DNA of 64,000 nt from Asterias rubens. Taxonomy: Eukaryota. Made by a program: the position numbers and the translations under genes. This document shows, in pieces, positions 45,001 to 60,505 of this stretch. Below the pieces are notes generated by a model. That model saw only the letters and a list, made by a program, of their open reading frames with translations, was not told where the DNA came from and did not search any database. The number at the start of each line of letters is the position of its first letter. The stretch's first letter is position 1. Location: the NCBI RefSeq assembly GCF_902459465.1, contig NC_047077.1, positions 5,828,001 to 5,892,000 of the forward strand. Direction: 5' to 3'.

Positions 45001-47322
45001 ATTAAAGTAAACAGGATGTCAACAGTGTTCATGTTTTGTAATGTAACCATCCGTCAAACTGTCGAAGATGTGGGCTTTCGATGTGTGAGTCATACAGGGG
45101 GAAATGGTGAACAACAATAGTCTTCATTCCAGCCACTTTTGGCATGATTCCGGCTTGTTATACACAGCTATAATTTACACGGTTACTTTTAACTACTTAA
45201 AGACACTGGACACTATTGGTTATTGTCAAAAACCAGTCTCCTCACTTGGTGTATCTCAACATATGCATACAAATACTAAACCTGTGAAAGATTTTGAGCT
45301 CAATTGGTCGTCGAAATTGCGAGATAATCATGAAAGAAAAAACACCCCTGTCTCACGAAATTGTGTGCTTTTAGATGCTTGATTTCGCATCCTCAAATTC
45401 TGATTCTGAGGTATAGAAATCAAATTCGTAGAGAACTACTTCTTTCTCGAAAATTACGTTACGTTTCTCACAGTGTTTAATACTATCACCCTCTCCCCGT
45501 TACCAAGTAAGGTTTTATGCTAATAATTATTTTGAGTAATTACCAATAGTGTCCACTGCCTTTAAGCATGAATAAATTGTACTCATAACAATTGTGGTTA
45601 AACTCAATGTGTGTGAACCCAAAGCCCTTAGGTGTGCCAACGTGTAAAGAAAAGTATAACTTATCGGTTGGTTGAATCGCAGGCATCCAGCATTGGGGGC
45701 ATTATATCCCATAATAGTTATGCTCTATGTGTGAACTCAAAGGGATGTAAATATCATTGTTGGATTTTAGTCTGAAAGTTTCTGCCGAAGTTCATACTAT
45801 AGAAAAAAATTCTGGATAGTAAGTGCATTTTGAGAAACATTTCACTTCGAAGCACTATGGTTATGGAAAGGTATATCACTTTCTATGCCCCCCCCCAAAA
45901 AAAAAAAACACCAACAAAAAACAACAACAATTGAGTAAAAGAAGCGTTACCGCGGAAACGCGTCTCAGATTGTGTATTCCTACAGGGATTATTCTTTCTG
46001 CATGGACATTATTCGCTACAGAGTTACGGTGATATCTTTAAAAACTGTCGCAGCTTAATTGTATTGTATTCTACTGTAATCGAATGGTTCCAAAAACAAA
46101 ATTTACACTGCCTTTTTACATGCGATTTTTTTTGGTATCCCATCCTGAAATATTACCCCATTTGTTTTGTTTACAAATTTCACTTTCTGAGTTCAGAATC
46201 AACACAAATAAAGCAAAGTGATAAAAAAGTAACCACACAACAACAACAACGAAATAATGCCAATCCGCATTGTATAATAATACACACAGGAATTTTAATA
46301 GACCATCAAAAGCCTAAGTGAACGGCAACCCAGGCCACTTTTTGATTTGTTTACCTCTGCTTCATTTTCATGGAATCCATGAAATCGTCATGATTCCTTA
46401 TTGTATTACAAGGAAAATAAAAACGTGCATTTGCTCAAGTCTGTAAAAGTCAATGCTGTGGTGTTTTAGACAAACAACGAAGGGGTAAATTTCCTTCATA
46501 GTGTAATTGTTTGTGGGGTTTTTTCCCAATCATCCAAGAAACATAAATTTGCCTCTGGAAACAATTTGCGGAAAATACGGTCGACCGCCATTTTTTGGAT
46601 AATCTAGCAATTTTTTTCTAGCAAATTTCAAGGAATACTTATTTGAATCAAATTTGTTTAAAGGCAGTGGACACTATTGGTAAAATAATTATCAGCATAA
46701 AACCTTTCTTGGTGACGAGTAATAGGGAGAGGTTGATGGTATAAAACATTGTGAGAAACGGCACCCTCTGAAGTGCCATAGTTTTCCACGAATTTGATTT
46801 CGAGACCTCAGATTTAGAATCTGAGGTCTCGAAATCAACCATCTAAACGCACACACCTTCGTGTGACAAGGGTGTTTTTTTTTCTTTCATTCATATCTTG
46901 CAAGTTCGATGACCGACTGAGCACAAATTTTCACAGGTTTGTTATTTTATGCATAAATTATGTTGAGATACACCAACTGTGAAGGCTTGTCTTTGACAAT
47001 AACCAATAGTGTCCACTGCCTTTAACAATTACCAATAGTGTCCACTGCCTTTAATTATTATATTACAATTAGTATATCTTTCCAACAATATTCATTATAA
47101 AAAAAAAAATTTTTTTTTAATTATAGCCCAATCTGAATGTGCCCCCTTTATGCTGAACCAATAGTTTCTTACCTGTCCCTGCCCTAGTGAGTCTGAATCT
47201 TGAAGTCCACAATGGCCGTGGGTTACCCGGACTAGTAATGGAGCCGGGTACCTGGACATGAGTTCTCTTGTATTATAAGACTCATTAGACCACGTGATGT
47301 CACTGACTGGACGAGCAAACAT
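42088..47322 (-). CDS. Second CABIT-like protein (paralogue of the GAREM-like gene, no SAM domain); 471 aa, 5 coding exons
   Basis: Exons (minus) 47322-47173, 44507-44381, 43792-43598, 43426-43265 and 42869-42088. All introns are GT-AG, phases 0,1,1,1, total 1416 nt. The ATG sits in GCGGCCATG. The first four exons align with those of the 29195-35015 gene (ITWSNESY/IRWSKRSY; VIRIH/ILRIH; YLSIPL/FLSIPL; YLNGNAV/YLQGNAI; ILSIPIH/VINIPLH). A probable 5' UTR exon has its donor at 48572. Confidence 0.8.
43905..44033. mobile_element. Short MITE (GATTTCACAAAGAG...CTCTTCGTGAAATC family)
   Basis: Inverted ends with TTAGGACGAG / CTAACTTAGGACTAG internal motifs. Related pieces lie at 27285-27372, 55075-55210 and 55530-55700. 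Confidence 0.65.
45201..45561 (+). mobile_element. Kolobok-like MITE, full copy
   Basis: TTAA|AGACACTGGACACTATTGG ... CCAATAGTGTCCACTGCCT|TTAA. Confidence 0.9.
46662..47021 (-). mobile_element. Kolobok-like MITE, reverse copy with an extra terminal repeat to 47054
   Basis: TTAA|AGGCAGTGGACACTATTGG ... CCAATAGTGTCCACTGCCT|TTAA, followed by a second CAATTACCAATAGTGTCCACTGCCTTTAA. Confidence 0.9.
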
Positions 47323-49860
47323 GGCCGCTTATAGCTGTCTGTAAAATAATCACAATAATTAGAGATGTCATATTAGAGATTTCCAAAAACAATGATCTTC
47401 GCGTATTACATCAAGAAGTACTAATAATTAGATAACTCTTTATTCAACCCCCAAAATCATAATTATCCAGTCAGTTTCCCTATTGATAGATAAAAAGTAC
47501 TGACAAAATATTACATTACTAGCAAAGTCTACATACAAGCACAATTTTTACATACAGCAAGATTAAAAAGAAAGGTCTCTTCTCTTTTCGCTTATACCCA
47601 TGGGTTGAGAATGTTGAATGTCAGATGGCATAACTGATGAAATGGATCTGTAGAAACAATTAGGGTTTGTGATCACTCAAAAACATGTCAACAAAAATGG
47701 TGAGCATAAAGGCAATTTTACACTTAGGCAACCATGCAGAGCAAAATGTTTTAAACAAATACTGCTAAACAATTTTCTGCTGAGCAGGGATATCTTACAA
47801 GTCATAGTCATAAGGTATTATAGAATAGAAGGTATAATAGTCAGTAGAAGATATTTTGGCTGTAGCGATAATAAATGCAATCTTTCAAAAGAAAAACCAT
47901 GTTGACTAATGGGTCACACAAGATAGAATAAGGTTACTAGAGAGTTATCAAAATTGTATCCAAACAGAATTCATCTTCTTTTACCACAACTAGTCTAGTA
48001 ATTCTCTAATTTTGAGGCATATAAACTCAGAATTATTAAAAAAGACTTCTATTGTAGAAAACTTGTGTTTTATAGGGCTGAACCCATTAAAAATGAATAA
48101 GCCCTACCCAATAAAAACATCAACCAATTGTAAATACTCAGTTCAAAAATACATACTACGAAGAGAAACTTGACAAACGTTTTACCATCACTTATTGTTG
48201 AACACAACTTATTAATAAATTTAAATATGAAATTGAAATTCCAGAATTTCGCTTCTTGATTCCGCACCCAAGGACACATGAGTGTACTCCAGACGTTGCA
48301 CAAACACTTGGCTAACATTTGAAGTGCTGGAACAACATGTTCATGCGAAAAAGAAAAAGAAAAAACAGAAAAAAACGAAAGCAGTCACTTTTACCCTGAA
48401 GCTTCATCTTCCATTAACTTCTTCCTACCGAAGTATTCTACAAATTAATAAGCAAAAACATTAATTGATGTAGATTCCTGTTTTTATAACTAACAGTTCA
48501 GTAAATATAAATATAAATCTGTCTGAAATTGAGAACCTTGATTTTTGAAGTCAAATAATTGACAAACTTACCTGATGTTTGTTTCTAGACACTGCTCTCT
48601 GTTCAACTAAGGGGAAACGCCAGCCACGAATAAGTGTATTACAACTCGTACAACTTTTCAAAACCATCAAGGACATTTAAAAGCTGATGTACACATGGGA
48701 TAAAGTCAGTTGATATTTCGTCTCTCCGGTGTTCTACATTTGCTGAGAGTTTATTTTGAATGTCAATACTCATAGTCATAGCACAATATTGAAATATAGG
48801 CCTATCTGTTTTTCATAACTTGCACATGTACACATGATTGCTTGAAATGCATTGAGTTGGGTTTACTGCCATAATTCACAGTTCAATGATCTTTGATAAT
48901 AAACGCCTTTCTCTACAAACAAAATAACTCGGCTCCCTATACAAGAATAAAGGTCATGTATGCACACACACCCCAGTGTGTAGTCTCAACAAAAGTTTGG
49001 GTAACCACTGGTACCCTTGTTGTGTTTTCTTGTACTGCAATGAGACTATGGGAATCATGGGAACCGCCCGAAGACTTTCACAATTAATGCATGCAGTGCG
49101 TAAGACCAGAAGCTTGGACTAGTCCATTATGTTGAAGGTAAATAATAGGATAGCCCAACGCGCAGTGGGTGAGAATTAATGTAATCTACAAATTGCAGTG
49201 GACGTTGGGGGCACACAATTAATTTTACACGAAGAAAAGAAAGGTTTGACTATCATTGAAAACGTAGCTCCGGAGTGATCGGTTTAGGCAGGTGCCTCTA
49301 CTCCCGACCTGCGGCCCATTTGAACAAGTTAGTGTAACCTTTTTATTCTCGGAGATTATTGATAATTTGGGCCGCAAATGATGACGTCAGCTTTTGTTTA
49401 AAACTTAAGAATTCCCAGTCACTAAAAGCCAAATTTCTCTGAACACTGAAGGCGATTACAGCTCATAACGACACCATGTTAATTTGAAATCTGTGACCCT
49501 TTTATTCTCGGAGATAATTGAGGGTTTTGGGGCCAAAATGATGATGACGCTCCGAGTGCAACAATGGCATAATTCCGTCGTATGAGGGCGGTATACCAGT
49601 CTAACGGAGGATCAGGAGGGGAACAAACTTTTTTTTTGCGGGCTCTCAAAACCACACGAGCGGTGCAGAATCTAGTCTGGTTCCCTGACCAAAGATTCCT
49701 TGACGTCTCTTGTTAAAAATTGCAGAATCATGGAGCAAGAAATAACAGATTGACACCAAACGTCTAAACAGTGAATAACTTGGTAAGTTTTCTTCCTCAA
49801 ATGATGACGTTTGTAATTTTTGTGACAACTAGTGTAATACTAATGAACAATTCGAAGATT

Positions 49861-49993
49861 GGAAAAGTTTCCGTTTGGCGCCACCACTTTTTCATTCGAT
49901 ATGAAATAATATAGTATCTAATTTACCTCAATGAGATATCCTTTTTTGTAAAAATTTGTGAAAAAGTGGTGGCGCCATACGGAATGTTATCCC
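49861..49993. mobile_element. Short MITE in the first intron of the TIR gene
   Basis: TTCCGTTTGGCGCCACCACTTTTTCA / TGAAAAAGTGGTGGCGCCATACGGAA inverted ends. Confidence 0.75.
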
Positions 49994-50877
49994 GAAGATT
50001 TAATGATTTCTGATATTTATCTGAATGAAACTAGTCAGATAACAACTACTGATGAGCAATTAGGGTGTATCATACGATTGTTTATCTGACATCTGAAGTG
50101 AAACTGAGTGAATGCAAAATAACAGAATTTCTCACACGACGAATGGGCATATTTTTATAATAATTTCCCATTATTCGATAGGAAACGCGTAGTGACAGGA
50201 CCATTACCTAAATTGTTATTCGCTAGGGGGCGGGTGGGGGGGGGGCGCTGGATGTGCTCTTTTTAGTTGTTAAAACACGTACTGCTTCATTCTCGCCCAT
50301 ATTGACATACGTTAACATGTGCATATTATTTTTATTGAATTGAAATGATGTGCTATTTTATTTTGAGTCATGCACATTGTAAGTTTACGATGTAGAAATG
50401 TGAATAATGTCACTGTGAACTGCTAGCTACAAACAGCAAATTTTGTATGAATATAGAATAACAGTCTGAGGGTTAATGTAATTTTGATAAAAAAGTCTGA
50501 CCCAACCTTCAGCTAAACAAAAGTTTAATAATACTGATCGGTTGATCCCGTGCGGATTTTTATCTGCAGTGTGCAAGTAAAGTTAATGTACACATGGTGA
50601 TCTTGTAAAAATAGCAATGTAATTTAATGTTGTTACATTAACTTGTTATTAACAAAGACAATAATAGTGCAACTTCATAGCAAGCAATGCTCTGTTTGGC
50701 TTTACATTTTTAAATTGACATTTAGTCATCTTATAAGTGCTTTTATTTTGTATTTTCACAGATTTAACGAAGCTGTAAGGTAACTTGGCACCTCTCCACA
50801 TTGGCAGCAAAGACTTCATCTGGTGAGGCCACTTCTACATCATCATATTGGTTCATCTGTTATAAAAAAATTGTAAG

Positions 50878-51798
50878 ATGTCTACAAACTGCTTTCGTGA
50901 GATTAGTTCCAGTGGACCAGACAATATGTCTGATGATACTAAACTAAATAAGACTCGGACTCAGAGAGGCAGTTTGGAAACAGATGCAGTTGTTTTTAAT
51001 GATGAGCGTCTTAGCTGTAAACTCAAACAGGTCAAGATTGATTCTTCACACAGCACCGATGTAGATGACCAACAGATACAACCTTCTGAAGCACAACTAG
51101 AGGAGAATCATCCAGGTACCAAGACACCTGGCTCACCTGCAGGAGGAGCTGTTGGTGGTAGTGCGAATGCAGAAACGACACACAAAGAATCACACAAAGA
51201 ATCACTGCCTCCCACCACCAAACCTAAAGTCACCGATGATGCTACATCTCGGGCGCTTCAACAAGACCAAGTGCCTCGCACGCCATCACCAATCCAGGAG
51301 ACAGCAGCTCAACCACCGCTAAAACCAATCGCCCAGAAACCTCCAGAAGAAGATGATGAACATTATGACATTTTGCTGCTGTACAGTGAGCACGACCATA
51401 GTGTAGCCAAGCAGTTCCTTGGTGTTGCAAAGAAAGCAAACTGGAAAGTTGCCACATCTAATGATTTCCTCCCAAATCGAACCAAAATCAAATCTTTTGA
51501 AGATGTGTACCAGAATAGTTCTTACACTGCTCTTCTTCTTACTTCTAAGTTCTTTGCAGATGTTTGGTGTGATAGTCGCTATCAAGGAGCACTTACACGG
51601 GCAATAGAAGACCCTAAAAAGAAAGACACAGTGATCCCAATTATTTGTCAGGATCAAGGCCTTGAGATGCCAGTAATGCTGAGTTCTTTAAATGGGGTCA
51701 ATCAAAGCAGTACTTTATTTGCAGACAGATTGAAAAAATGTATCAAAGTAGAAAAGAGATTGGAAAGAGAAAAAGCAGAGAGAGAAAAACAAACATAA
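50878..51798 (+). CDS. TIR-domain adaptor, TICAM (TRIF/TRAM)-like, 306 aa, single coding exon
   Basis: Disordered N-terminal half, then YDILLLYSEHD (box 1), VATSNDFLPN (BB loop), SSYTALLLTSKF, DTVIPI and LNGVNQSSTLFADRLKKCIKVEKRLEREKAEREKQ. These parallel the TRIF segments FVILHA..D, ATFCEDFQVPG, SAFIILLLTSNF, DCVIPF and LSGLVRLDEHSQIFARKVANTFK..RLQARKAMWRKEQ as remembered. There is an acceptor at 50761 and a probable 5' UTR donor at 49782. Confidence 0.8.
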   Translation: MSTNCFREISSSGPDNMSDDTKLNKTRTQRGSLETDAVVFNDERLSCKLKQVKIDSSHSTDVDDQQIQPSEAQLEENHPGTKTPGSPAGGAVGGSANAETTHKESHKESLPPTTKPKVTDDATSRALQQDQVPRTPSPIQETAAQPPLKPIAQKPPEEDDEHYDILLLYSEHDHSVAKQFLGVAKKANWKVATSNDFLPNRTKIKSFEDVYQNSSYTALLLTSKFFADVWCDSRYQGALTRAIEDPKKKDTVIPIICQDQGLEMPVMLSSLNGVNQSSTLFADRLKKCIKVEKRLEREKAEREKQT

Positions 51799-52677
51799 AT
51801 TGGGACTACACCAAATTTGTTTTAAGTACTGTTTATCAAAAACAAGTCATTCAGTTTGAGTCCATATAAACGTATGTAATACATGTATAGATAATTAAAT
51901 AATTGCTAGATGTTAAATTTGCATCGGGGATAAAGAATATTAATTTTGGTTTTTACCCATACACCGATGTGTGTTAGCACTGTATACTCAGTACTTTCCC
52001 GAGTCCTGTGAAAAAATATCACAGGCATGTTACTCGGGTGGGATTCGAATATAATTGCTATGAACTTTTTGTAAATGTAAACAAACAAACAACGTCAGGT
52101 TAATTTTAAGTCAAGTGCCTTCTAAAGAAACTTGCATAACCTTGTGTATTAAATACACATACTATTATTTGTACATGTATAGTTATTTTGCTTAAGAAAC
52201 ATTAATTGATTTTAATCTGTAGATGATTGTTGAATTGATTAGTTCTAAATGCATTGATTCGTGTTCTAATACGACAAGCCAAATTAGCAGCTGACTTAAG
52301 GTTCAAACATTTTAAGCCATACACTGACAAACAACTCATACAACAATAACAATGTAATGTTGAGTACATTATATTTACATTCCATAATGACTAAAGATGT
52401 GTGTAAAGGGAAAAGCGTATTCATACATTAAGCCCTGTGCAAACAGATCATGAGATGAGAACAATGTGACCACAAAAAACTTGTTGATGGTAATACTTTA
52501 TGTGCATCATGAGAATATTTTTTTTGAGGACTTGTAAGCAACACAAAAATATAGTAGGACCAGAACGTGCTCAAAATAATAAAAAATCTTTAAGTTTAAT
52601 ATTATAAAATTCTTGCCTTGTTTCTGGAGAAACATGTATTGGAATTCAAGGCTTTAAAGAGCATTTGTGGCGCTTAA

Positions 52678-53133
52678 AGCCATTAGACACTTTCTGAACA
52701 GAACAAAAATTAAAAGTTCACAGATTTACAAATAACTTGCAGGGTTTACAGAAGGCAATGGTGAAAGACTTCCCTTGAAATATTATTCCATGAAATGCTT
52801 TACTTTTTGAGAAAACATTAAAACAATTATAAATTCTCGATATCGGGAATAAACCACCACCCTTGTTTCCGCACGTTTTGCCGTGTCATGACATGTGTTT
52901 AAAATAAATCTGTTATTTAGGGTTTTTTTTTAACTAAAGCTAAATAACATTTATTTTAAACACATGTCATGACATGGCAAAACGTGCGGAAACAAGGGTG
53001 GGTTTTCCCGTTATTTTCTCCCGACTCTGATGACCGATTGAGCCTAAATTTTCACAGGTTTGTTATTTTTTATAAGTTGTGATACACGAAGTGTGGACCT
53101 TTGGACAATACTGTTTACCAATGTGCGATTGCT
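52678..53133 (+). mobile_element. TTAA-flanked MITE (second Kolobok-like family) with an internal fold-back
   Basis: TTAA|AGCCATTAGACAC ... GTGCGATTGCT|TTAA. A near-perfect internal hairpin spans 52858-53000. Confidence 0.7.
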
Positions 53134-55710
53134 TTAATGTGTGAATAGTTTTAATAATTTTTTAATTTGCATCGTGGATAAAGAATATTCATATTAGTTT
53201 TTACCTATATACACAGATGCGTGAGCACTGTACTCAGTACTTACCCGAGTTCTGTGAAGAAAAATCACAGGCATATTACTCGGTTGGGATTCGAACTAGA
53301 CCACCGAGATTGCCCCGGTGGCTAGAGGCAGTTCGAATCCTTTGTTTAAGCAGTTCTTAATTAGAGAGGAGGAGGGGGTAGAAGAAGGGCAATTCTATTC
53401 ACTGGGACAGCATCACAACCCTTACTGCCTTTCCTATATTTCTATTACCTTTTGACAAAGCATGTTTGTCTGAAATAGAATGCAAACTTTCCCAAGATGA
53501 ATGTTAATTTTCTTAAATGGAAAACCATTGGCTCAAACTCAAGAAACTGGTTGTATTCAAACTCTGAAATGTCAAAAAGCATAAACTTCTGGCTCAAGAA
53601 GTCAAGTTTTTTACAAAATTGAATAAAACAAATAAAGTTTTCAATTAAATTAATTCTCAATTGTCATTTTAAAAATAATGTTAAATCTGCATACGTAATT
53701 TTTTTAACTCTATTTTCACAACTATATTTTGTCATTAAAATGCTGTATAAAGTAGCTTGAATGAAGATAATTTCTGAAATAAATTGTTGTTTAAAACATT
53801 GGCAAAATTGGTGTAAAATTGATTTTAATAAAACATTTACATTATACATTACCTACAACTGTCTGATGGGTCTCAAGTTCTCTTGTATTTGATGTCAAAA
53901 GCTCAGATGCATTTCTTGACAATGCTATACCTTGCAGGAAAAACTGTATGTTAAAGCACCTTGTGTGTCAATGAATGACGTATATTCGCGCTGTAAGAAG
54001 CCACTATTATTATTAGCAGCAATTTGACCCATAAAATGGCACAAAATGTAATTATTAATCCAATTCTAAACTTGCAGCATCACCCATGATAAATTTGACC
54101 AATCATGGTTGGGCTTTTGATTTAACTTTTCAATGTGTTACTGTGCAAAAATGCTATGCAACATGTGCGTTAAAGGCAACTCTACACAAACTGAGAAGCA
54201 TTATGCAAGAATGTTCTCAGATTCAAATTTTGGGGCATAAAAACACGTTACTTCGAAGTAGATTGTTCAATAAAACTAACATCTAGACATTTCATTTCAA
54301 AAGGTGGTTGCGTTTTTGAGACATTGACAAAAATCTGGTGCGATTATGTCCACACAGGAAGACTAATCCCTATAGGAATACACAATCTGAGAAGCATTAT
54401 GCGGTGACGCTTCTCATATTCAAATTTTGGGGAATATTGGAGTTTTTTCTTTTTACATAACCGCATAACTTAGAAGTGAAATGTTTCAAAAAAATGCTTT
54501 ATACTATCAAATATTGCTGTGGGCTTCAGTAATAACCAAACATATAGCAGTGTGACCTGTGACATCACATGTTTACAAAAGAGCCACCAAGCCCGGACTT
54601 CCTGCAGGCACAATTTGTACACAGCCTAATCTTGCCTGCCAGACTAGCCAAAGTATGTACAAGGTCACATATATTGTACACAAAGTTCACATGGTCTATA
54701 CCCCTCCCTTTAAAGGAAAACTTTAGGAAGAACAAATGAACAGACGGATCAGAAACAAATTATTACAAGTTCACAAATGATTTATTGTACAGGATTTAAT
54801 GGTAACCCACTCATTTTCTCCCATAACTTCACACAAAATCCACTTTCCGTGTAAGGGTTGGGGCAATTTGTTCAAAAATTTTTTGAAAAAAACAAGGCCC
54901 CAAAACAAGGTCAAACTTTACATTTTTAAATACGTTTATAAAATCTTGTTAGTATAACTTTATGACTTGCATTTAAACAAATTGATGTACTCTTATCTTG
55001 CGGGATTTTTTGTTAAATCTCCAATGAAAAACAATTTTAATTGACAGTGACTATTGGTTTTAGAAACACAAATAGTTAGAACTTGTCTTGAGTTAGGACG
55101 AGTAAGTTGGGGCGAGTTACTCATCCTTACTTAGGACTAGCCTTTGTTTTCAATAACCCCTGCCCTATGACTACATGTAGTCCATGTTAGGACAATCTTT
55201 GTGGAATCGACCTAGCGCCTACTTAGAGCTGCCGACCTGTTTTTAAGTAAAGACTTGACACTTGCTTCCTTATTACCCTTTGGCAAGTTGATGTTATTCC
55301 AATGTTAAACTGTCTCGACACCCATGTCCTCTGTGTTGATCATAAGTGAATAAGGAGTGTTCGATAAACTGTTTAAAGATTTCCATATTTACCCCGAGAA
55401 AGTACGCAGAATACAAAAGACTTTTAATTAGTTTGTTTTCTACTTTACGAAGCCATGGAATAAATGTAAAACTAAACCCTGCTGTATGCTTGGTTTGCAG
55501 ACAGAATTGTTGTACCAAGTCCAGCAGCCGATTTCACAAAACACTAGGATTAATCCTAACTCGAGTTTATTTTAGGACGAGTAACCCGTCCTAACTTGGG
55601 ATGGGTTCAATGCATGCTACATCTTTGAATAGGGAACTAAACTTAGCTCCTAAGTCCTAAGATAAATCCTAAGTTAGAAACAGTTTGGTGAAATCGATGA
55701 CAGGTTCCCT

Positions 55711-56029
55711 AAAGCCCTTTTCACACTGTATCTCTTTCCCCGTGGAATACAGCCCCGGGGAGGCCCTAGGACTCTTTCCCCCAACGGTAACCCCGGCGCA
55801 CTTTTCCACCCGCGTCCCTATTCCACAGGGTTCAGGTTGCACATTTCAATACCGGCTATCCGCTGTTGGATATCAATAATAAAAAAAAACATACTGCATA
55901 GCTGGGGTGGCTATTCCCGGATCATTCCCATTTGCTGAGGCAGACAGGGGTAGAGATCATAGTGTGAAAAGGAAAACCGTTATTCCCCTGGGTTGCCCCC
56001 GGGGAATAGAGAAGTGTGAAAAAGGCTTT
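55711..56029. mobile_element. MITE
   Basis: AAAGCCCTTTTCACACT..CTCT.TTCCCC / GGGGAATAGAGAAGTGTGAAAAAGGCTTT inverted ends. Confidence 0.7.
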
Positions 56030-56110
56030 TGTGTACAGCTTCCATATTTCTTCTTTTAGCACATTATTCGTACTGATGCACGAATGCAATGTTTATTTAC
56101 AGCACTATCA

Positions 56111-56264
56111 CCCTTTTCAAAACCACAGCTTCGGCTCAAGATTCGGCTCAGGCTAACTTGGCGCCGCGGTTGTTTTTTTTGTGCGCGCTTTGCATATGTG
56201 CTAAGGGCTTCAGACCAAAGGACGGAGTCTGAAGCCGAATCCAAAGCTGAGGATTTGAAAAGGG
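56111..56264. mobile_element. MITE in the PSMD14 3' UTR
   Basis: CCCTTTTCAAAACCACAGCTT...GATTCGGCTCAG is mirrored by CTGAAGCCGAATCCAAAGCTGAGGATTTGAAAAGGG. Confidence 0.7.
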
Positions 56265-56291
56265 CCCTTGAGTGACTCGATCCAATATGAG

Positions 56292-60108
<3,817 letters not shown>

Positions 60109-60364
60109 TCTGGAATGCTGAGGATATAACAAAACAATAAAGTCAATTTATTTTTTTATATATTTCAGGTTATAAACCAAGGATGCCTCATAAAAGAACT
60201 AATCACTGCAACACAAAAAACCCTGAGAAAACCTGTCTTGCCAGGAACCAGAAACACCAGACTTAACTCACTATTCTATGGTAAGTTTTCTATGTTCTTT
60301 AAGTTCGCGTGTGCTAGCGTTATCCTTTTACATACACACATAATTCCTGGCTTAATGTCCAGTC

Positions 60365-60505
60365 CGAAGGACAAAGCAAACTATAGGACAGCATCTTGCT
60401 CAACGACACAAGTGCCATTTCCGAGACTCTGGGAACTCAAACTCACACTCTGCTGATTAGAAACATGTTACTCTTAGTGTTAAAAAACTGCTCGACCTTG
60501 GCACG
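60365..60505 (-). mobile_element. Degenerate SINE head and core
   Basis: The minus strand reads CCAAGGTCGAGCAG...CTAATCAGCAGAGTGTGAGTTTGAGTTCCC...GGCACTTGTGTCGTTGAGCAAGATGCTG. Confidence 0.6.

Noticed and set aside
46178-46187. Perfect IRF-type site (GAAAGTGAAA on the minus strand)
   Set aside because: A single 10-mer in AT-rich intron sequence, 3.5 kb from the TIR gene's first exon; expected by chance.
42088-47322. Treating the upstream CABIT gene and the GAREM-like gene as one long gene
   Set aside because: The upstream model ends in an in-frame TAG at 42088, and the downstream gene has its own ATG exon with a full homologous exon set.
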